Part shown: one piece after another, positions 1-64,000 of the stretch
How the letters are laid out: every line of letters begins with the position of its first letter
Numbering within the stretch: position 1 is the stretch's first letter
Translations under genes and position numbers: made by a program
The notes under the pieces: model-generated
What the model was told of the DNA's origin: nothing
Databases searched by the model: none
The model's input: the letters and a program-made list of their open reading frames with translations, nothing else
NCBI GenBank assembly: GCA_020137815.1
Contig: CM035358.1
Location: 1,364,001 to 1,428,000 of the forward strand
Length of the DNA: 64,000 bases
From: Hormiphora californensis
Lineage: Eukaryota; Animalia; Ctenophora
Reading direction: 5' to 3'

Positions 1-49451
<49,451 letters not shown>

Positions 49452-50630
49452 GACAGGTCTTTACTGCTCGTCAAAATATCGGTTCTTCACAACATTACAT
49501 TATCAACTTGAATTACGCTGAAAGGAGTTTTATGTTTTAGGCACCTCTTTAAAATCGAAAGCAGCCATTTTCAAGACGAATAGCACATAAAAATAGATTA
49601 GTACACTTGGTGAAGTATTTTTGAGTTTTTTCTTCAAATCTTTCATTTTTTTTCGAACTTGCGATCCGACAAACCGGGGGGCTCGAACGAAAAATATATG
49701 AATTGAATTATGAAAATTAGAAAACGCGCCGCGCTTACCTTTTTGCGCGTTCTCCCACGGGATGGCGATAGTGAGTGCTGCGTTTGGCAACCTCGACACA
49801 ACTCGAAGTCAGCCGCGCGTTACGTTAGGTCATGCCATCGATTATCTCTTATTGCCTGCAGCTAACATTTAGCTGACGATCTTTCCAGTCTGGGAGACTT
49901 CCTCTCGTCTTCTTTCTCTCTCTGTTTCCACTCCCTCTCCCTCTCTGAGGTAGAATACAACTTATTTCGTGCGGCGGATAGTAAATTACTAAATTAGCCC
50001 TAGAGCGAGGAAGACAGACACATAAAACACTTTAATTTTGGTAATTTAACTTATATCATATTAGGCAAACACACTATGTACATCAGAGAATATTTGAATA
50101 GTACACTCATTGTCATACAGATGTCAAATAAACATTATTATTATTATTATAATTATTGATATTAGAGGAAGATCAATGTCAAATAAATTTAATAATTTCA
50201 ACACACACACACAGTACATGTACCCACACCTTGGATCTCTCACATATATAGTTTATCTTTAAATTAATTAAATGAATCAAAACTTAAATCATGTACCATT
50301 GGGTTTCATTGAGCATACTTATTATGAATCACAGTATTACGTCTTTTATTATTTTGTATAACCCCGCATTAAAGGCGCATGTAATGTTGCACAGTATCTC
50401 ATTTTTCAGCCTTACATGTGTGAGGTCAATCCAGTGCGTTCATCATGTAATGATCAATGCTGATGATAATCTCTCACTATCTCTCTCTCTCCTCTCTCTC
50501 CCTCTCTCTCTCACCGAGTAAGGAAAGCTAATGACAGAGTTGATCACGTGACTAGTTGACGTCCAACCACCGTCTTCTTCAACATCGTACGCTATTGATT
50601 GGGCTGTAAATGAACCCGGGTAATTGTCAG

Positions 50631-52820
<2,190 letters not shown>

Positions 52821-53202
52821 CGGAGATGTCAGAGAGGGGGGCAATTAATTTCACATTCACTCTACACGCATATCACGTGCTCTCAGGGTACGCTGTATGC
52901 AGGGCACCAAGGATCTAATTTTAGATCCTCCAGCTGCCAGGGGGACACATCCACCCTGATCCCTACCTAGAATTTGCCTAGCTAGACTGTGTGACGCGTG
53001 TGACGCGTCCAATAACACAACGTAACTATCTAGAAGATGGTGATCACTGATCTGGATTCTGGAGACACTTCTTCTTCAGAATGTTCCGTAAGACAACAAC
53101 CCCCCCCCCAACATGATCACAAGGACGCTGTAGGAAAGTAATAAAATAATACATGTGTCAGTGTACCCAGGCACTCAAGAAGAAGGATCAGCCACATATA
53201 AT

Positions 53203-53472
53203 AGTCGAATTTTTTAATCAAGGGACAGGGGCCGCGCGTTTACAAAAGTCTTTTTGTGCGTGCTAAACGTTTTCGCTCATATCTCCTGTTCCTGATAAGA
53301 TAAAGACTTGGTCTTGGTTGCGTTGAAAAGGTCTTAAAATTATCTTTCCAACGCTTCTGGGTTCAAGTCTTAAGATTGCCAGGAACTTGATCTCGATTAT
53401 CACGCGCAAATACAAAGCCGCGCGACCCCTATGAATGCGCGGCCCCCTGTCCCTTGATTAAAAAATTCGACT
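53203..53472. mobile_element. MITE with about 36-bp TIRs in the Rab3 intron
   Basis: agtcgaattttttaatcaagggacaggggccgcgc ... gcgcggccccctgtcccttgattaaaaaattcgact, plus an inner imperfect hairpin. Confidence 0.8.
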
Positions 53473-53592
53473 TTACATGTCAATGTAGTAAGGTAGTGAC
53501 GTCTTCATGGCAGCTACTACTACTGCTTCTCCCTAGGAACTGGCACGTCATACTTGAGTGTAAAGTGGTGACAGGTCCAATTCCCTTGGGAC

Positions 53593-53693
<101 letters not shown>

Positions 53694-54035
53694 ACTGTGC
53701 AAGCTACCGTCCAGAATTAATTGAAGTTCAGAGGGAGAGAGGGAGTGTGGGAAATTGCCAGCCATATATTTACTGTCCCTGTGAAACACGTCTTTAAAGA
53801 AAATAAAGGCCTATAAAAATATCCAAAGAAAGATTAATTAGGAGAGAAAGGATCGGTGATCGGTCTATTATACCAAGGCACAATACCCGGGAAGATGAAG
53901 GAGATGAAGATGAAGATGAAGGGATGCTCAATGAGCATTGCTCATCAAGAGGGGGGGGGGTTGGACATCTGCCTACTAGACGAATAACCTTGTGTAAGTG
54001 TGCATATACCACACTAGCCTTGACAGTCGTGTGTA

Positions 54036-54039
<4 letters not shown>

Positions 54040-54117
<78 letters not shown>

Positions 54118-54566
54118 GAGAGAGGGAGAGAGAGAGAGAGAGAGAGAGATGAGAGCAGAGAGAGTAGAGCAGAGAGAGAGGAGATGGAGAGAGAGAGAGA
54201 GGGAGAGAGAGTGAGAGAGATAGAGAGAGTGAGAAAGATAGTGGTGCAAGAAGTTATGCGAGGAAACGCCAGATGTTTCACGAATACCCAATCCCCCAAT
54301 TGCAATCTCACGTCGTGTGACCAGTGCGGGTGCATACAATTTATGTCACAACTAAGCGAGCTCTAAGGGAGGTAGAGGGAGAGACTAAGAGGGAGAAAAG
54401 GGGGGAAGGAGAGAGAGAGAGAGAGAGGGGAGAAGAGAGAGAGAGAGAGAGAGGGGAGGAGAGAGGAGAGAGAGAGAGATGAGAGAGGGGAGAGAGAGAG
54501 AGAGGAGAGAGAGAGAAGATGGAGAGAGGGGAGGAGAGAAGAGAGAGAGAGAGAGGAGAGAGAGAG

Positions 54567-54614
<48 letters not shown>

Positions 54615-54790
54615 GAGAGAGGGAGAGAGAGAGAGAGGGGAGAAGAGAGAGAGAGAGAGAGAGAGAGAAGAAGGAGAGAGAGAGAGAGAGGAGAGAGAGA
54701 GAGGGGAGAGAGAGAGAGAGAAAGAGGGGAGGAGAGAGATAGAGAAGAGAAGGGGAGCCTGAGGGGAGAGAGAGAAGAGAGAGAGAGGAA
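54040..54790. repeat. Imperfect (GA)n tracts
   Basis: Direct inspection; similar tracts lie at about 58655-59150. Confidence 0.9.
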
Positions 54791-56396
54791 TGTGAGAGTG
54801 TGGGAAAGATAGTACGAGAGAAATAAAGAGAGATAGTATTAGCATTTAGACCTAAACAGCTTCTTTCAAAATTCAAGGTGGGGTCAGCCCTGCTAAGACG
54901 ATGTCTTTGTGAAATATATATGCCACGCAAAATGTCATTGCAGAGAGTATAATTACCCACCACGTCATACATTAAATCAGGGCGGTGTGCAGCTCTCTTG
55001 AAGAGGGAGATGATCTGTCTTGAGGGGTAGACTGATCATTGGGAAACGACGAGGTGGTGGAGGACGGGATCAAATATAATGAGGGGTCTACTAAGGATGG
55101 TGCTGCTAATATCTAATTACTAAACTCAGGACCTCCGCTTTCTATCTCTCCCTCTCTCTATCTCTCTCTATCACTCCCTCTCTCTATCTCTCTCTCGATA
55201 GCAGAGTTTGCAGAGTACCTGCTGCAATTGCAGTAACTACACTATTATTTATTGAACTTTGGATACTGCCAATTATTGTATCTGGTCAAAAATATCTTTA
55301 TGTTCGATGTGGAGAGAGAGAGAGAGAGAGAGAGGAAAAAGAGAGGAGAGAGAAACGAAGAGAGGAAAGAGAGAGGGGAGAGAGAGAGAAAGGGGGAAAA
55401 GGGGGAGAGTAAAGAGGGGAATAGTTTGATAGACATAGAGAGAAAGAGAGAGAGAGGGGAGAGAAGAGGAGAGAGAGAAAGAGAAGGAGAGAGAGAAGAG
55501 AGGAGAGAAAAGGAGAGAAGAGGGGAGGGGAAAAGAGATCATCTCCAATTTTTTTGCGGCCCTACTGTTTTCCCACCCCATTCTACACACAAGGGGGTTT
55601 TTGGGTCTGTGTGTAACCCCCCGGTGTGTCTGCTGCTGCGGGCCGTTTGCAAAAGGGGCCCCTTCAAAAACCCCCAATACTCAATAGCTAAGATAAAAAC
55701 CCACCCCAGAAAACCAGTGACCTAACTACTAGTTGCTAGCATTCTTCAGAATCAGTAGACATGGTATCATATGAGAGTGTGGGTTATCAAAAGGCCCTTT
55801 ATACTTGAGGCGCGCCCAATGGGTGCGCTAGTGAGAGTAAAAGAAAGAGGAGAATAAAAAAAACACAAATCACCCAAAACGAATTTTATATCCTTTCGAA
55901 ACCCTTCTTTTTCCTGTGATTTATGTGTGTATTTTTTTTATATATGTGCGTCTTTTGAAAAACAAAAAGGGGGATAGAGGGAGATCAGTTTTCGAAAAAT
56001 CAAAGGGGGAAAGTTTAGTCTTAAGCCAAAAGTGTAAAAAAACCCTTTTCCCACAAACAGTGATCGCCGTTTTTTCCAACAAAAAAACCCCGTGACAAAA
56101 ATCCCCAAACAACCCTTTAAATTTTAGTTTTTGGTAGGAACGTTTTTTAAAGAAAGGGTCGTGGGTTCGTTCTAAGATCTTTCCCGAGTGGTCATTTGAA
56201 TTTTAAATGACGGTAAGGGGTTGCATGTAAAATGTACATTACAGAGAGAGGCAGAAGAGGGGAGAGAGAGGGAGAAGAAAGGAGGGTATGAGTTAGGAGG
56301 TAGAGAAAAGCTGAAAGAGTCCAGTGAGTGAGTGTGTTATAGAAATGGGACCCCGCCCTCGCAGAATTGCGGGCGATGTGGCAATACACACATAAT

Positions 56397-56446
<50 letters not shown>

Positions 56447-58658
56447 CGAGAAAAGGAGAATGAGAGAGAGAGAAAACCGAGAGGGGAAGGAGAAGGAGAG
56501 GAGAGGGGAGAGATAGCGGGGAGAGAAGAGAAAAGAGAGAGAGTGAGAGAGAGATCAAAATAAAAAAGAATGTGTTTAAAATGAGAAAAAAGAAAATTCG
56601 AAATTTATGGGGGTTTTAAAGGCCAGTGTAAAAATTTATAGGGACATTTTCCCAAAAAAAAAAAATTCCCCATAATTTTTCAGTGTGGGACGTTTTATGT
56701 TTTAAGCGTTTTTTTCTGTATGGGCTTCAGAAATTTTAAAAATTTATAATTTTTCTTCCATTTTTCAAAAGCTCAGTGCACACACGCCTCCGTTTAGCAG
56801 ATCATTCGTCTGCAGCTAGCACGTGGGCAGGGCGCTCTGGAGTTATAGTAGTAGGGAGTGGGAGAGAAAGAGAGTATGTAGGTGAGAGAGGGGAGGAGAG
56901 GGGAAAAAAGGGGGAGGGGAGAGAGAAAAGAGAGAGAGGGGGAATGGAGAAGAGGAGAGGGGAAGGGGGGGGGAAGAGAGAGAGAGAGAGAGATTTAAAA
57001 GTAAAAAGTATTTAAGGGAAAGGGGGAAGTGGGGGAGTTATAGAAAGGGAAGGGGAGTGAGGGGGAAGTGTTATAGTTAGGGGGGAGAAAAAAAGGGAAG
57101 GGCCCTATTTTGGAGTAAAAATCATGAGGCGGGCATCTTCATTTCTGTCTGTTTTGTCTGTCTGTCGTCTGCCCGTCTGTTGTTTTGTCTGTCGGGTTTT
57201 TTTTTTTTTTTGTCTGTCGTCTGTCTGTCTGTCTGTCGTTGTCTGTTGATTTTTCTTTCCCTCTCCCCTTTATCTTTCCCACACTAACCCCAAGGGATTT
57301 AGCTTGGAAATTTGGAGTCCCGAATTTGTTTTGTGCTCGGAATTTGAAAAGCTAAAAAATTTAAAAAAGACCCAACAACCCTTTTTTAAAAAAAAGGAAA
57401 AAACCCGCAAACAAAACACTTACAAACGAAACAAAATTTAACAAACAACGACAAAAAAGAAAATTACAAACCCGGGAAAAAATAAACATTCTTCAAAAAA
57501 CCCCGATTTTAAAAACCAGGGGCGCAAACAAAATTTAAAACATTTTGGAGAAAAGGCTTATTTCCCCAACGGAAAAACCCCAAAAGGGGAAGAAGGTACA
57601 ACGGGGGGGGGAAAGGGGGAGAGAGAGAGAGGAGAGGGAGGGGGAGGAGGAGAGAAGGGGAGAGAGAAGAGAGAGAGAGAGAGAGAGAATAAAGATAAAG
57701 ATAGCGAAAGAAGACAAAGTAAAAGACAATGAAAGACCCTCTCTCGGCGTGTGATGTATACAAAAGATTCAAAAAAATAGCCCCAAAACTTTTAATGAGG
57801 GTTTAACAAAAAAACCTTACAATTAGTAGCCCGGGGAACCTTGCCCCTTCACTTCTATGCCCAAAAATATCACGAGTACATGAAGAATTTCATTTCTTGA
57901 TGGGGTTTTTAGCATAAAAAAAAGAAAGACCCCGAAAAAGGGAACCCAAAATTCTCCTGTCTTAGGGGAATTTAAAACAAATTTAAATAGTTAAAAGAAG
58001 GGTTTGGCCCCAAAAATTTCCCAATTTTATCAACATAGTCCCTTTGGAATAATGGGGTTTCGTTTTTTCTGGTATATAAATGAAAAAACAAAAATACATG
58101 AGTAGCACACACAAAGAGGAGAGTGTGTGTAAGGTCTAACTGTAGTGTCTTGGGGGAAATTTTTGGGCCCCAAAAAAAAGGAAAGGGCAAGGGGGGGGAA
58201 AAAAAAAGAGGTAGAAAAAAAAAAAAAAATTGGAAAAAAATTTTTTTTTTTTTAAAAAAAGGGGAAAAAAATTTTTAAAAAAAAAATTTTTTTTTTTTTA
58301 AAAAACCAATTACACAATTTTTTTTTTTTTTTCCTTTTTTTTCCTTTTAAAAAACCCCCGGGGGAAAAAAGTTTAAAAAACGCCAAAACCCCCCCCCAAA
58401 AAAAAAAAAGAATAATTTAAAGGGGGAGAGAGAGAGAAAAGGGGGGAAGGGGGAGAAAGATTCCATCGCCGTTAGAAGCAGCTGATACAAAAGATGCTGT
58501 GTGTACCGGTATAATCGGATCGATTAGCTTCAGCAGCAGACTACCGGAAAGCCGATTATATATATATCTCTCTCTCTCTCTCTCTCTTCCCCTTCATCCC
58601 TTCCTATCAACATCCAAACGGATCCTTGCAGTGACATCACGATATACAAAATCGGAGA

Positions 58659-58726
<68 letters not shown>

Positions 58727-58835
58727 AAGAAAGATAAGTTGGAAGTATTTGGATAGTATAATTGTGCACGCAGTATTGCAAGCTCCGAACGGAAACGACC
58801 AATAAACCATCCTTTGAGTAAAACGCTAAAATGAT

Positions 58836-58885
<50 letters not shown>

Positions 58886-59067
58886 GAGAGAGAGGAGAGA
58901 GAGAGAGATGAATAGAGAGAAGAGAGAGATGAGGAGAGAGGAGAGGAGAGGGAGAGAGATGAGAGAGAGTCACACAGGAGAGTGAATGTCTTCGGAAGAG
59001 AAGGGGAGGACGGAGAGGGAGGAAATGAGAGGGAAGAGAGAGGGAGAGAGGAGAGAGGAGAGAAGAG

Positions 59068-59151
<84 letters not shown>

Positions 59152-59654
59152 AGAGAAGAGAAATTCGGAGAAGTAGAAACATTTAAATGTATAATCATCA
59201 TAATGGGAGAGTTACAGATGGGTCAGAGAATGGAATAAATATCGGTAACCGCAATCCTTATTTATAATGACAATTATCAATAGACCATCTCTCTCTGGCC
59301 TAGCTCGGTTAGTCTCAGAATGGTTTACAAGCTCTAATTTAAATATCCTTGCGTGTAATGTGGATCGATGGGATTGGCACGAGAAAAGAAATTAAATGTC
59401 ACATATTCTATAATATGAATGGCAAAACTAAGATAAGCTTTCGGTTTTCGTGACTGATTTTGTCGAGACTTGGAACTCTCATGCAACCCGACTCCATTAC
59501 ATTTGAAATGAAGTATATGCAGTGATTCCAAAGCCCCTAAATAAGGACCCAATACGACGGTATTATTGAAGGGATATTACCGAACTAAAATAAATGTTGT
59601 GGGTAGATCTAAGGGGTCACACAATCTCTACATATTTTTACAGGACTGCACTTA

Positions 59655-59855
<201 letters not shown>

Positions 59856-62189
59856 TTAGTAGAAAATACAGTTGCTTTTACAGCTTTGAAAACGAAATTC
59901 CGGGAAATAGACCTTTGGGAGTGGTCAAATGAGCTTGTAAAACTATATTTAGTTTTAGTCTGTTTAGTGGCTTCTTTTGGAACATGCAGTAGCATTTATA
60001 GGGATTCTTTCATATGTTTTGGGTATTTGGCAAGTAGGCTAATTTGATGAGTTGGTGGAGAAAGAAGCAAGCATGAGAGATGGAGGAAAGTTGATGTTAA
60101 AAAAGAGGGGAGAGCTAGATGCAATGGAGGGAAAGAAAGTGGATTTAAAAAAGAGGAATTCCATACCTGTATACTGTTTTAACCTTGAAATCAATTCCAA
60201 CTGTTGACACAAAGGCTTGGGTAAAGCTGTTGTCACAGTATCGAAACAAAAATGAAGTTTTTCCGACGCTTGAGTTTCCTGATTGGAAAGATTATAAGTT
60301 AGATTTGGGGTGGATTATCATCGGTTTTTTAAACTATAAATGGTGAAAAAATATTCTAGTTAGATTTAGAAGTTTGTATCCTGGTAGAGTGCTCGATCCG
60401 GGGATGCGGAGAGCTGAATTATTGTGACAAGTGAAACAAGGTTTTACAAAACCTTGTTTCACTTGTCACAATAGTGAAAAAATATTCATAACTTTCATAC
60501 CTATTATCAACAATTTAAACATATAATCGAAGGTCTGCTCGCTAGAATCCATGATGATGTTGTTATGTTGACTTGGAAAAACACAACTCTGTCTGGATAA
60601 TTCAAGGATAGATAATCTGGACGTTCACTAAGCTTCGGTCATTACTAGCTAATGGATTATGGATGTATTATGAAGGTGATTGATAGTACATATCACAAAT
60701 CGGATCAATTACGAAAATGAAAAAAAAAGGGAGAGAGCGATAGAGAGAGAAAGAGGGATGGAACTAGAAAGAAGAATTAAGACAGCGAGTCGAGATGAAA
60801 AGTATATATCTCGACGAGATCTATACTTTTCTGTTTTTCCTCTTGTTTGTGTTGTACTTGCAGTCATGCCAGGAGGATCATACACCACGTCCGGTGGATG
60901 TACTTCGTTTGAAATTTAGATTTCTCCTCTGAGATAAACAGATGTATAGAGAGAGGGTTGTGTACATGTGAACTCTTTTAGTTGCATGTCTTTGGATTTT
61001 GTCTCAGTTCTCAATATAGCGGAAAACAGCCGTACGCAATTGAACGGTACTTTGCCAGGACCTTGTTGTAATGCTCTGAATCTAGGTAGTGTTGGACTAT
61101 TATTCAAGTTCATAATCCAGCCCTGACTGAACTAAGCAGTGTAATAATAGTATGTATTATTATCTTATGTCACTATTATTATTATTATTTTTAATTATCT
61201 GTTGCACCACAAACTGGTATATCTGTTTAACACCCTATTACAAATATATAGTAAAATGAACGAGTTATTGGGCATATCTAATCATCCCCCGCTGTTGAAG
61301 ACGGATACTCAATGGTCTTGGTGCTCTAGGATTGTTGGCATATGGAGCTATGATAATTTTAGACACATTTATTATTTGATTAAATATGGTAATTTCTTTA
61401 TTTTAGTTTGGGGTGAACAGTAGGAAAAGAATGGACTTTAGGGACAGTTAGGTTTTCAACAGTCTCTTTTGGAATACTGCTGTATAAATTTACATGATAA
61501 TGCTATGATCGCTTGTCATCATTGTTTAGATCTTACAGATAAACATTTTTATTTTTCAGATACCGTGATGCTTCATTTGTTTTGGATCATCGTACAATTG
61601 CTGTGCAGTGGCGGTGATTTCAATGTACCTCAGCACTAGAAACAGGGTGTGAAATGCATGTCGTGTTTGCTAGTCGCGAGCGCGCTTGCGAGACAAGCAA
61701 ACACGTCAAGGTTCATTAACAAGCATGCTGCTCAGTCATTTTAGATTTAATACACAATGTAAGGATACCATGTAATAGGTGAGACTCTTGCCGTCACCCT
61801 CGTTCAAGTCCCGTGAAAAACGGAGCAGTACACGCAAACTGATGCCCATTTTCCTCGCGTGACCCCGATTCAGCAGTTTGAGACACCAACTCTTTAGGGG
61901 GCCATATCTCAGGAACCAGACAAGATAGGAAAAATCGCCGTCTAACGAGGCGTACAGTTTTTAATCTAGTTTACCACTGTACCGGCCGTTTCACTCTTCG
62001 ACCTAAAACAAAAATCGCAACCCCACAAAACTTCAAAATAATGAAATTCGCATCTCGCATGTCGTGTTGCATGTCGTGTCATGTTATTGACGCGCTCGCG
62101 TTCAACTCTCACACAGCAGCTGCAGAACATGGCGGGAAACATCGAGGAGTAGAGAGAGGGTCGGTGCCGAATCAAATATTTCTTGATCT

Positions 62190-64000
62190 TGATCTACTCC
62201 ATCTCTCAGCTATCCTACCACTCATCAACTCGATCTCTAAGCTACCCTACCCCTCATCTACTCCATCTTTCAGCTACCCTACCCCTCATCTACTCCATCT
62301 TTCAGCTACCCTACCCCTTATCTAGTCCATCTCTCAGCTACCCTACTCCTCATCTACTCCATCTCTCAGCTTCCCTATAAGGGAAGCATAGAGATGGAAA
62401 CGATTAGGGGTAGGGAATCCCTACCCATAATCGTTTCCATCTCTATGCTTCCCTAACCCTCATCAACTCCATCTTTCAGCTACCCTACCCCTAATCTAGT
62501 CCATCTCTCCGCTACCCTACTCCTCATCTACTCCATCTCTCAGCTACCCTACCTCCCATTTACTCCATCTCTCAGCTACCCTACCTCCCATTTACTCCAT
62601 CTCTCAGCTTCCCTACCTCCCATTTACTCCATCTCTCAGCTTACCTACCTCCCATTTACTCCATCTCTCAGCTTCCCTACCTCCCATTTACTCCATCCCT
62701 GCCTCCCATCTACTCCATCTCTCAGCTACCCTACCTCCCATTTACTCCATCTCTCAGCTACCCTACCTCCCATTTACTCCATCTCTCAGCTTCCCTACCT
62801 CCCATTTACTCCATCTCTCAGCTTACCTACCTCCCATTTACTCCATCTCTCAGCTTCCCTACCTCCCATTTACTCCATCCCTGCCTCCCATTTACTCCAT
62901 CTCTCAGCTTCCCTACCTCCCATTCACTCCATCTTTCAGCTTCCCTACCTCCCGTTTACTCCATCTCTCAGCTTCCCTACCTCCCATTTACTCCATCCCT
63001 GCCTCCCATTTACTCCATCTCTCAGCTTCCCTACCTCCCATTCACTCCAACTCTCAGCTACCCTACCTCCCATTTACTCCATCTCTCAGCTTCCCTACCT
63101 CCCATTTACTCCATCTCTCAGCTTACCTACCTCCCATTTACTCCATCCCTCACCTTCCCTACCTCCCATTTACTCCATCTCTCAGCTTCCCTACCTCCCA
63201 TTTACTCCATCTCTCAGCTACCCTACCTCCCATTTACTTCATCTCTCAGCTTCCCTACCTCCCGTTTACTCCATCTCTCAGCTTCCCTACCTCGCATTTA
63301 CTCCATCCCTGCCTCCCATTTACTCCATCTCTCAGCTTCCCTACCTCCCATTCACTCCATCTCTCAGCTACCCTACCTCCCATTTACTCCATCTCTCAGC
63401 TTCTCTACCTCCCATTTACTCCATCTCTCAGCTTCCCTACCTCCCATTTACTCCATCCCTCAGCTTCCCTACCTCCCATTTACTCCATCTCTCAGCTTCC
63501 CTACCTCCCATTTACTCCATCTCTCAGCTACCCTACCTCCCATTTACTTCATCTCTCAGCTTCCCTACCTCCCATTTACTCCATCTCTCATTTCCCTACC
63601 TCCCATTTACTCCATCGCTTACCTTCCCTACCTCCCATTTACTCCATCTCTCAGCTTCCCTACCTCCCATTTACTCCATCTCTCAGCTACCCTACCTCCC
63701 GTTTACTTCATCTCTCAGCTTCCCTACCTCCCATTTACTCCATCTCTCAGCTTCCCTACCTCCCATTTACTCCATCGCTTACCTTCCCTACCTCCCATTT
63801 ACTCCATCTCTCAGTTTCCCAACCTCCCATTTACTCCATCTCTCAGCTTCCTTACCTCCCATAAATACTCCATCTCTCAGCTTCCCTACCTCCCATTTAC
63901 TCCATCTCTCAGCTTCCCTACCTCCCATTTACTCCATCGCTTACCTTCCCTACCTCCCATTTACTCCATCTCTCAGCTTCCCTACCTCACATTTACTCCA
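62190..64000. repeat. 32-bp minisatellite array (ctccatctctcagcttccctacctcccattta), open at the window end
   Basis: Period 32 (for example 62531 to 62563), with occasional 22-bp truncated units. Confidence 0.97.

Overview
Eukaryotic (animal) genomic DNA, intron-rich and dense in microsatellites and MITEs. The intronic repeat families resemble those I recall from Pleurobrachia-type ctenophores, but this taxon call is an inference. Nearly 50 kb of the minus strand (ATG at 49451, still open at base 1) is one giant secreted FCGBP/mucin-like gene. I traced about 50 GT-AG exons by hand, giving roughly 8,800 aa or more. The domain order is: signal peptide, IgGFc-binding domain, Asp-rich DNDCD metal-binding motif, VWD-C8, VWD-C8, TSP1, 3x Ig, TSP1, VWD-C8, a huge Thr/Pro/Val/Glu-rich region punctuated by free-standing C8 domains, 2x Ig-like, and a Ser/Thr exon made of about 6.5 near-identical 981-bp (327-aa) repeats. 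About ten frameshifts interrupt the reading frame; all are +1, which points to long-read errors rather than pseudogenisation. Upstream on the same strand are the last two coding exons of a Rab3 gene. Introns hold a near-perfect 1.34-kb palindromic transposon, four copies of a hAT-type MITE with 8-bp TSDs, Tc1/mariner-type MITEs, RFX X-box-like motifs and several short perfect palindromes. A 32-bp minisatellite fills the right end. The 55.3-58.5 kb region looks like low-quality consensus sequence.
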